Assembly: GCF_000016745.1 (NCBI RefSeq)
Contig: NC_009483.1
Span: forward strand, 960,001-992,000
Source: Geotalea uraniireducens Rf4
Lineage (GTDB): Bacteria > Desulfobacterota > Desulfuromonadia > Geobacterales > Geobacteraceae
Length of the DNA: 32,000 bases
Direction of reading: 5' to 3'
The notes below the pieces were generated by a model. It was not told where the DNA came from. It made no database searches and saw only the letters and a list, made by a program, of their open reading frames with translations. Numbering within the stretch: position 1 is the first letter of the stretch; each line of letters starts with the position of its first letter. Of this stretch, positions 25,849 through 32,000 are shown piece after piece. Both the position numbers and the translations under genes were made by a program.

Positions 25849-27482
25849 ACGTTGCTTTTGACCCGTGGATACCAGTGGTAACCATAACGGGGGGAAGAGA
25901 ACTGGCGAGTCTCTGTTCAGTGCTGACAGAGGGAGATAAGTTCGCCGATTTGGCGGTGCGACCCCATGAGCGGGTTTCATTGATGCGGCTGTTTCTCTGT
26001 GTGACCCATGCCGCCCTCAAAGGCCCGAAGGACTACGACGAGTGGTGTGAAGTGCCGAAACGGCTGCCTGTAGCGGCGCAGAAATACCTGACGGAATGGA
26101 AAGATTCATTTGAGCTGTTTCACAAGGAAAGACCGTGGTTGCAGGTGGCAGGGCTGAAAGGAGTTGAAAAGGAAGGGAGCGATTCCGGGAAAACCTCACC
26201 TTTGTCATTGCTTGATTTCGAGCTGTCTACAGGAAACAATTCAACACTTCATGACCATGGTGGACAATTGATAGTGCGTCAAATCGAACCCGAACGAGTC
26301 GTATTAAATTTACTAACGTTTCAAAACTTTTCTTCAGGTGGGGGCTCTCCAGTTGCACAGTGGATGACAACCAAAACATTGCAAGTAGGTAATCCTGATG
26401 CCCCTTGTTTATCTCAATCGATGGCACATTGTTTATTCCGTGGGGCGTCGTTAGCAGAAACCATCCAGTTGAATTTGCCAACTTTTGAAACAGCGAGAAG
26501 GCTTTACAACTCATTTGCAACACACAAAAAAGATAAGGAAAAACAAGAATGGGAACGCGTCGAAATTACTGTAGTTGAAATGGGCAAACCCGTTTGGGAG
26601 TTTTTTCCCGAATCACCAGATAGTCAATCTGACAGCGTCATTAATGCTACAAAAACCTATATTGGCAGATTGGTTCCGATATCACGCTGGGTTCTATTGT
26701 TCAACGAATCAGACCAGATGTATTGTTGTAACGGTTTCAAGTATGACACTTTTAAAGACGGGTTTCCTTCAGAGCCTACTGCATCAGTTCAGTTGGTTAC
26801 AAAAAGAGATAAGAATGGTGCCGAATCTGTAGATCGTAAGGTTGTAAAGATAGAACCGTCAAAGGCGTTGTGGCGAGAATTGTCGGCTTTGCTTGTGAAA
26901 CGTTCAGCATTTGGGCTCGGTGGACCATTAGCCATGGAAAATGCACCACACGACTCAGAATTTGATTTTCACGTCTGTGCGATGACACGCGATCAAGCAT
27001 CAATGGATATTGCATTAGAATCTGTCTTTCACGTCACCCCAGCATTTCAATTCAATTTCCCTGTCTATCAAGCTGAGATTGTGCGTGCGGAGGGCATTTC
27101 ACGTCGGCTTGGCTGGACTGTGGAAGTGTATCGGAAAGAAGTGGATGGTGATTGGGCGAATAGAGTTGAAAGAGCTAAGGAAAAGTGGGTCCTAAAAGCA
27201 AAGCTGCAATCAATAGCCACAATTCACTATTGGACAACCGTCGAAAAGAATCTGGCGCTTTTGATGACTCATATCGAATCCATCGGCACTGACGATGCCA
27301 TTCCAACCCGCGAAGCTTGGCGAAAGATGCTCTTTGCCACCGCTTGTGACGCCTACAGTGTTGCCTGTGGGCAGGAAACACCACGGCAGATGCGGGCCTT
27401 TGCCAAGGGGTGGCAGAAATTGACGACTAAGAAAGACGAACCTGAAACAGATAACAAAGAAACCAAGGAGGAAGACGTATGA
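25845..27482 (+). CDS. cas8e: Cascade large subunit Cas8e (Cse1/CasA)
   Basis: MNVAFDPWIPVVTITGGRELASLCSVL...RVSLMRLFLCVTHAAL parallels the E. coli CasA N-terminus (LLIDNWIPVR...). It is 545 aa and has an ATGA overlap with the cas3 stop. Confidence 0.85.
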   Translation: MNVAFDPWIPVVTITGGRELASLCSVLTEGDKFADLAVRPHERVSLMRLFLCVTHAALKGPKDYDEWCEVPKRLPVAAQKYLTEWKDSFELFHKERPWLQVAGLKGVEKEGSDSGKTSPLSLLDFELSTGNNSTLHDHGGQLIVRQIEPERVVLNLLTFQNFSSGGGSPVAQWMTTKTLQVGNPDAPCLSQSMAHCLFRGASLAETIQLNLPTFETARRLYNSFATHKKDKEKQEWERVEITVVEMGKPVWEFFPESPDSQSDSVINATKTYIGRLVPISRWVLLFNESDQMYCCNGFKYDTFKDGFPSEPTASVQLVTKRDKNGAESVDRKVVKIEPSKALWRELSALLVKRSAFGLGGPLAMENAPHDSEFDFHVCAMTRDQASMDIALESVFHVTPAFQFNFPVYQAEIVRAEGISRRLGWTVEVYRKEVDGDWANRVERAKEKWVLKAKLQSIATIHYWTTVEKNLALLMTHIESIGTDDAIPTREAWRKMLFATACDAYSVACGQETPRQMRAFAKGWQKLTTKKDEPETDNKETKEEDV

Positions 27483-27970
27483 GCTGGCTTCTCGAACGAC
27501 TCCGCAAGTGTCAGGAAGACCGGGGGATGATGGCCAATCTTCGGTGCATACTTGTGGACAACAAAAAGCACCGCGCCTGGCCAGCGTTGAACCGGCTTGG
27601 AGTGGCTATTGACAATGATGTAGCGGCGTTTGTTGCCGGTCTCTTCGCCACTCATCCAGAAGCAACTACTTTCGGGAATTTTGGCGCTACCTGTAAGACG
27701 ATAGAGCAGAAACGGGGCGACAAACGCGGCGACGACAACAAGCTGACCCCAACAGAACGGCGCTTTCAGCACCTTCTCAGCGCAGAACGGGGAGACGAGT
27801 TGAACAACAGAATTCTGCGAATGGTTCTTATGGCAAAGTCGCAAGGGGTGCCGGTCAACTATGAAAAACTTGAAACTGACTTGAAATATTGGAGTGATAA
27901 GAAAAAGACCGAATGGGCAGCCGCCTTCTGGACGCCTGGAGTGGCAACTGCCACCGAGGAGGTCGCATGA
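27479..27970 (+). CDS. cse2: Cascade small subunit Cse2 (CasB/Cas11e)
   Basis: 163 aa, all-helical, with ...RGMMANLRC...AWPAL..LGV...D..AFVAGLFATHP......GNFGATCK......ERRFQHLLSAERGDEL..RILRMVLMAKSQGVPVNYEKLETDLKYW....K.EWAAAFW. This is the Cse2 pattern. It has an ATGA overlap with cas8e. Confidence 0.8.
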   Translation: MSWLLERLRKCQEDRGMMANLRCILVDNKKHRAWPALNRLGVAIDNDVAAFVAGLFATHPEATTFGNFGATCKTIEQKRGDKRGDDNKLTPTERRFQHLLSAERGDELNNRILRMVLMAKSQGVPVNYEKLETDLKYWSDKKKTEWAAAFWTPGVATATEEVA

Positions 27971-28656
27971 ACTGGCTTGCACGTCTGGAAGTTGATGCGG
28001 AAACCGTTCGTGCTGCAGGCATATCTGAAGATGTCTACGCATGGCACAAGCTTTTGTGGGAGTGCTACCCAGATCAGCCGGAAGCAGAGCGGGATTTCTT
28101 GACACGCATTGATCAGTTGGAAGGTGCATACCGCTTTTGGGTACTGGCAAAGAGAAAACCCGTAATGCCGCGATGGTGCCCTGTCGATGGGTTCGGCCTC
28201 AATGAAATTTCTCCATCTTTCCTGTCTCGTCAATATTACGCTTTTGATCTGCGGGCCAACCCCGTGCGGGCGGCGGTGCAGAGAGACGCCAACGGAGAGC
28301 AGGTGCTGGATGCCAACGGAAAACGGAGGCGCGGAAAACGAGTGCCACTGGTTAAACCGGACGAACTGCGAGCATGGCTTGTCCGCAAGGGAGAAGTTAG
28401 ATGTCGTGATAAAGAAACAGGTCTGGATGTGCCCGGTGGATTCCGGCTTGTGGAAGAAAGGTCGCTTGAAATCAGCCCGATGGTAGAAAGCCATTTCCGC
28501 AAGAAAGGACAGTCCGGATATCACGGCGGCGTTCAGTTTCGCGGGACTTTAGAAGTGACTGATCGAGCGAAGTTTATCGAAAGTTATCAATCAGGTATCG
28601 GCAGTGCCAAAGGCTTCGGCTTCGGCCTGCTGCTGCTTGCTCCAGCCAATCTTTAA
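27967..28656 (+). CDS. cas6e: crRNA endoribonuclease Cas6e (Cse3/CasE)
   Basis: MNWLARLEVD...DVYAWHKLLWECYPDQPEAERDFLTRID parallels E. coli CasE DLYQLHQGLWHLFPNRPDAARDFLFHVE, with the catalytic His conserved (H27). DLRANP and the C-terminal GIGSAKGFGFGLLLLAP motif are also present. It has an ATGA overlap with cse2. Confidence 0.88.
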   Translation: MNWLARLEVDAETVRAAGISEDVYAWHKLLWECYPDQPEAERDFLTRIDQLEGAYRFWVLAKRKPVMPRWCPVDGFGLNEISPSFLSRQYYAFDLRANPVRAAVQRDANGEQVLDANGKRRRGKRVPLVKPDELRAWLVRKGEVRCRDKETGLDVPGGFRLVEERSLEISPMVESHFRKKGQSGYHGGVQFRGTLEVTDRAKFIESYQSGIGSAKGFGFGLLLLAPANL

Positions 28657-28689
28657 GCAAACAAAATATACCCTCAAGGAGAAACAACC

Positions 28690-29916
28690 ATGAAACACCT
28701 GGAACTGCACATCATTCAATCCGTCCCCGTTGCCTGCCTCAATCGTGATGACCTCAATTCACCCAAGACAGCCGTATTTGGCGGCGTTCAGAGGGCAAGG
28801 GTTTCAAGTCAGTCTTGGAAACGGGCGATTCGGGAGATGGCAAAGGAGATTGCCGCTGAAGAGAAATCTGATTTATTCAGTGGAGATAGGACTCGACGGA
28901 TGGTTTACACGCTATCGACGCGGCTCGCAGAAAAAGGAATTACTTCACAGGCTGCTATTGCCATTGCTGAACAGGTAGCGGATGTCGTTGAGACGCTGGA
29001 TTCAAAGGTTGATTCTGAAGGTTACAAGAAAATCAAGACGGTAATGTTTTTCTCAAAAGCAGAATACGACGCAATAGCTGAGGCAATAGCGACCTCTGAT
29101 GAAGTAAAGAATTCCGTTGAAGCTCTGGAAAAAGCCGCTGTTGAAGGAAATGATAGGGAGAGAGAAAAGGCATTGAAGGCAATGGTGAAAATTCTTGAAA
29201 AGGGCGCAATTTCCAAGACGATCAAGTCTGCACAATTGAAAGACGCCGCAGACATCGCACTTTTCGGGAGGATGGTTGCAAACGATCCTTCGTTAAAGGT
29301 TGATGGGGCATCCATGTTTGCGCATATCCTTTCAACGCACAAGGCAGACAATGAGATTGATTTTTTTGCGGCAGTCGATGACTTGAATAAGGATGAATCA
29401 GGCGCAGGAATGACCAGCACCCTTGAGTTCAACTCTGCCACTTACTATCGCTTTGCCGCATTAAACCTTGATGCGTTGGCAAATGATGACCATCTAGGTG
29501 ATATTACCCTGAAGGACGGCACGGTAGTGCGTTCCGTAGAAACAAGAAAACAGGTTGTAAAGACATTCTTGAAGGCAATCATTCAGTCAATTCCTAGCGC
29601 TCGTAAGACTACTATGAATGGCAACACGCTCCCAGTATATGTTCTTGGCGTTGTCCGGGAAAAGGGGCATCCGATTCAGTTGATAAATGCATTTGAAACC
29701 CCGGTGCGACGTTCAGAAAAAGGCTTTGTCACGGAATCAATAAACCGGATGAATATCGAATATGCTGACTTGAAAGAAACATGGGGGGTAGATTCACTGT
29801 TTGCGAAGGCAGTTGTAAAGGGAAGTCTGAAGGAACAAATAAAGGCTAATCAGGGTTCGATTGAAACCTGTTCGCAGGATGACCTGATCAATGGGATGGT
29901 GGCCCATGTCATCTGA
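28690..29916 (+). CDS. cas7: Cascade backbone subunit Cas7e (Cse4/CasC)
   Basis: MKHLELHIIQSVPVACLNRDDLNSPKTAVFGGVQRARVSSQSWKRAIRE matches the CasC N-terminal signature (..NRDD...PK.A.FGG..R.R.SSQS.KRA.R). The RBS AAGGAG lies upstream. The product is 408 aa. Confidence 0.9.
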   Translation: MKHLELHIIQSVPVACLNRDDLNSPKTAVFGGVQRARVSSQSWKRAIREMAKEIAAEEKSDLFSGDRTRRMVYTLSTRLAEKGITSQAAIAIAEQVADVVETLDSKVDSEGYKKIKTVMFFSKAEYDAIAEAIATSDEVKNSVEALEKAAVEGNDREREKALKAMVKILEKGAISKTIKSAQLKDAADIALFGRMVANDPSLKVDGASMFAHILSTHKADNEIDFFAAVDDLNKDESGAGMTSTLEFNSATYYRFAALNLDALANDDHLGDITLKDGTVVRSVETRKQVVKTFLKAIIQSIPSARKTTMNGNTLPVYVLGVVREKGHPIQLINAFETPVRRSEKGFVTESINRMNIEYADLKETWGVDSLFAKAVVKGSLKEQIKANQGSIETCSQDDLINGMVAHVI

Positions 29917-30586
29917 CAAATCTTTTCTGGCATTGCGACTGGAAGGCCCCTTGCAGTCCTGGGGATTTGACAGCCAGTACAACCGGCGCAACACCGGCTT
30001 AATGCCTACCAAGAGCGCCATTGCCGGTATGTGCTGCGCCGCGCTCGGTTTTCTGCGTGGTTGTGACAAGGAACAGGAGTTCTTGGTTGCGTTCGGTGCT
30101 GTGCGAATGACCGCCATTGCCATTCCTCGCAATGGTGCAAAAAAGGAACTGCCGGTTCGACGGTTGCAGGATTATCACACAGTTCAGAATACGAGACGGG
30201 CGAGCGGTGCGATTAACAACGATTGCGTACTGACTCACAGGCAATACCTGACTGATGCTGCTTTCGGCGTGCTACTGGAAGGCGATTCAACACTGCTCAA
30301 GCAGATTGCAGCTGCTTTGGAAAATCCGGTCTGGGGAGTCTGGCTCGGACGTAAGACCTGCATCCCCACTGCACCGGTTTTGGCCGGTTTACGGGAAAAT
30401 CGAGATGAAGCGTTGAAGCTGCTTCTCAAAGATAAACCGCTTGAATCGTTTGCCAGGCAGGAAGATGTGGAGAGCTTTGCCGATGGCCGAGACAGCCTTC
30501 CTGATATGCCAGTGTCGTTTGCAACAGAGCGACGGATATTTTCACCAAGAAGGGTTCGAACGCTACAAGGAACAGATCGACCCTGA
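29906..30586 (+). CDS. cas5: Cascade subunit Cas5e (CasD)
   Basis: MSSDKSFLALRLEGPLQSWGFDSQYNRRNTGLMPTKSAIAGMCCAALG parallels the CasD motif (L.LRLAGPMQAWG....R.T...PT.SG.LGLLGA.LG). It has an 11-nt overlap with cas7 and is 226 aa. Confidence 0.88.
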   Translation: MSSDKSFLALRLEGPLQSWGFDSQYNRRNTGLMPTKSAIAGMCCAALGFLRGCDKEQEFLVAFGAVRMTAIAIPRNGAKKELPVRRLQDYHTVQNTRRASGAINNDCVLTHRQYLTDAAFGVLLEGDSTLLKQIAAALENPVWGVWLGRKTCIPTAPVLAGLRENRDEALKLLLKDKPLESFARQEDVESFADGRDSLPDMPVSFATERRIFSPRRVRTLQGTDRP

Positions 30587-30644
30587 TGCGCCAAAGGCTT
30601 CGGCTGCGGCCTCATGCTGGTGCGGCGGGTGTAAAATCAGAAAC

Positions 30645-30708
30645 GGGCGGGGAGACCCCGCCCCTACAATGGACGTGGAAAGCGGGCGGCCATTTGGGGC
30701 CGCCCCTA
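30645..30708 (-). repeat. Two REP palindromes in reversed orientation downstream of cas5
   Basis: GGGCGGGGAGACCCCGCCCCTAC (30645-30667) is the reverse complement of GTAGGGGCGGGGTCTCCCCGCCC, identical to the copy at 22800-22822. GGGCGGCCATTTGGGGCCGCCCCTAT (30683-30708) is a diverged second copy in the same orientation. Confidence 0.85.
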
Positions 30709-30751
30709 TGGAATCGGGCACGAAACAGAAGCGAACCTTGTTCGCCTCTGT

Positions 30752-31096
30752 TCACAACAACCCAAGTACCCCTTTGAGGCTGTGCTCCACCGCCGCCATC
30801 TCTTCCGTGGTGAGGCTGGTCAGGGGGCCGTCCCCGAAGCGGTCTTTGTCGAGGGCGCGGGGTTGATCAACGACCACCTGGCATGGTTTGAGAAGCCGGT
30901 CGCGTGGCTCGACCATGATGCGCCATCGTTTGAAGGAGGGATAGACCTGTGTGGTAAGTGGCAGGATAACGACCATCGGTGTGCCGCTTGCCGTGAGGGC
31001 GTTGTCCTGGATAACCAGAACCGGCCGGATCTTGCCAATTTCCCGCCCTCGGCCAGGATTGAGGTTGGCGGCCCAAATCTCGCCGCGGCGCATCAT
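30752..31096 (-). CDS. mazF: Type II toxin, MazF/PemK family endoribonuclease
   Basis: MMRRGEIWAANLNPGRGREIGKIRPVLVIQDN...MVVILPLTTQ...VVVDQPRALDKDRF matches the PemK/MazF fold signature. The ATG at 31096 overlaps the antitoxin stop (ATGA). Confidence 0.85.
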   Translation of the reverse strand: MMRRGEIWAANLNPGRGREIGKIRPVLVIQDNALTASGTPMVVILPLTTQVYPSFKRWRIMVEPRDRLLKPCQVVVDQPRALDKDRFGDGPLTSLTTEEMAAVEHSLKGVLGLL

Positions 31097-31410
31097 TTCC
31101 ACCACTTTTCGGCTGGCTGGGTGGCGCGGGAGCCGCCCGGTTTGCGACCCTCGGTGATATCCAGCGCTTCGTTGCTGGTGACCATGCCTTCTTCGGCTAT
31201 TTCAAGAGCCGTACGGCGGATGGACTCGTCAGCATAGGCGGTGTGTGCCTCGGCCACCAGTTCGGCCATGAATCGCTCCCGCTCGCGACGTGCAAGATAA
31301 TCAACGATAGCGATTCGTACCACCTCGGAGCGTGGCAGCTGTTCAAGGCGGGCCTCGTCTTCCAAACGGTGATCCAGGTCTTCCGGCAGTCGCAGGCTTA
31401 GCGCGGGCAT
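31093..31410 (-). CDS. Ribbon-helix-helix (CopG-like) antitoxin
   Basis: MPALSLRLPEDLDHRLEDEARLEQLPRSEVVRIAIVDYLARRE is a typical RHH N-terminus. GGAGG lies upstream of the ATG at 31410. The product is 105 aa and is translationally coupled to mazF. Confidence 0.8.
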   Translation of the reverse strand: MPALSLRLPEDLDHRLEDEARLEQLPRSEVVRIAIVDYLARRERERFMAELVAEAHTAYADESIRRTALEIAEEGMVTSNEALDITEGRKPGGSRATQPAEKWWK

Positions 31411-31477
31411 AATTGGCCTCCATGTATTGCATAATGTTATACGAAATGTATCGCAATCTGTCGGATTCGTCAATATT

Positions 31478-31556
31478 TTATGAGTTTTATGAGTTTTATG
31501 AGTTTTATGGGTTACATGAGTTACATGAGTTACATGAGTTACATGAGTTTTATGGG
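31478..31556. repeat. Tandem 9-mer array (TATGAGTTT x3, then a variant unit and CATGAGTTA-type units) upstream of the four-helix-bundle gene
   Basis: TTATGAGTTTTATGAGTTTTATGAGTTTTATGGGTTACATGAGTTACATGAGTTACATGAGTTACATGAGTTTTATGGGG, about nine 9-nt units. It accounts for the FYEFYEFYGLHELHEL artefact at the N-terminus of track ORF 31413. Confidence 0.9.
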
Positions 31557-31565
31557 GGGCGTAGA

Positions 31566-31934
31566 ATGTCTAAAATTGAGCGATTTGAGGAAATACAGGC
31601 TTGGCAGAAGGCGCGGTTGTTGGTCAAAGAGGTCTATTCCATCAGCAATACCGGCGGGTTTGTCAAGGATTTCGGTCTTCGTGATCAGATACGGCGAGCA
31701 GCGGTATCAATCATGCTCAATATCGCGGAAGGATTTGCCAGAAAGACGAACAAGGAATTCATTCAATACCTTGTCATTGCTCATGGATCAGCTGCTGAAG
31801 TGCAGGCAGCACTTTATGTTGCATTTGATCAGGAATATTTGAGCGAGGCGGAATTCGATAAGCTATACGGCTCGGCGGACAATACATCAAAAATGGTACT
31901 TGGATTCATCAACTACCTAAGAAAAGCGCAATAA
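31566..31934 (+). CDS. Four-helix-bundle protein (23S rRNA intervening-sequence protein family)
   Basis: MSKIERFEEIQAWQKARLLVKEVYSI...FGLRDQIRRAAVSIMLNIAEGFARKTNKEFIQYLVIAHGSAAEVQAALYVAFDQEYL is the hallmark pattern of the family (W.KA..L....Y......D..L..Q.RRAA.SI..NIAEG..R....E..QFL.IA.GS..E). The product is 122 aa. Confidence 0.88.
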   Translation: MSKIERFEEIQAWQKARLLVKEVYSISNTGGFVKDFGLRDQIRRAAVSIMLNIAEGFARKTNKEFIQYLVIAHGSAAEVQAALYVAFDQEYLSEAEFDKLYGSADNTSKMVLGFINYLRKAQ

Positions 31935-31935
31935 T

Positions 31936-32000
31936 TCATAGAACACAATGAACTCAACAAACTCATAGAACCTATAGAACCCATAGAACCCATAGAACCC
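31936..32000. repeat. Tandem 9-mer array (CATAGAACC-type), inverted relative to the upstream array and cut by the window end
   Basis: TCATAGAACACAATGAACTCAACAAACTCATAGAACCTATAGAACCCATAGAACCCATAGAACCC. The reverse complement of a unit (GGTTCTATG) resembles the upstream units (AGTTACATG / AGTTTTATG). Confidence 0.85.

Noticed and set aside
27353-28150. 265-aa ORF on the - strand inside the cas operon
   Set aside because: It is antisense to cas8e/cse2/cas6e. The sequence is Cys/His/Arg/Ser-rich and non-protein-like, with no RBS. It is long only by chance.
30722-30753. Imperfect hairpin GAAACAGAAGCGAAC-cttg-TTCGCCTCTGTTC as a terminator for mazF or the cas operon
   Set aside because: The stem has a mismatch and there is no T-run on either strand. 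It was noted only as part of the junction region.
31478-31556. Tandem repeats near the cas locus considered as a CRISPR array or leader
   Set aside because: These are 9-nt contiguous units without spacers. They are mirrored by an inverted array after the four-helix-bundle gene, so they belong to that cassette.
31413-31565. N-terminal extension of the four-helix-bundle ORF (MASMYCIML...FYEFYEFYEFYGLHELHELHELHEFYGG)
   Set aside because: It is a translation of the 9-mer tandem array. Family homology begins at MSKIERFEE (ATG at 31566).

Overview
This is a high-GC chromosomal window. Gene content (def-fmt-DUF116, Ech/Coo-type hydrogenase) and the intergenic repeat families suggest Geobacter/Desulfuromonadales, but that is inference only. 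From left to right it contains: the end of a membrane-bound [NiFe] hydrogenase operon, glgX and an MscS-family channel (1-4525); a 4.7-kb stretch bracketed by two inverted copies of a ~150-bp structured repeat and made up mostly of truncated or frameshifted genes (4711-9703); a tetR-MFP-RND-OMF efflux operon on the minus strand (10010-16512), divergent from def-fmt-DUF116; then housekeeping and envelope genes (deacetylase, cysM, DUF3147, NlpC/P60) ending at a clean terminator (22243-22268). The last 10 kb is visibly more A/T-rich and looks acquired. It holds a RAYT-like Y1/HUH transposase flanked by GTAG-REP palindromes, an apparently intact type I-E interference module (cas3-cas8e-cse2-cas6e-cas7-cas5), more REPs in reversed orientation, a mazF/RHH toxin-antitoxin pair and a four-helix-bundle gene flanked by inverted 9-mer arrays. 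No cas1, cas2 or CRISPR array is present in the window. The most interesting signal is this adaptation-less Cas3+Cascade module lying between oppositely oriented REP hairpins next to a RAYT-like transposase. The second is a family of 'inverted short-tandem-array' cassettes that occur empty, with a four-helix-bundle cargo, inside an operon, and recruited as signal-peptide coding sequence. All calls rest on reading the sequence and ORF translations and on remembered family motifs. No searches or computations were run.
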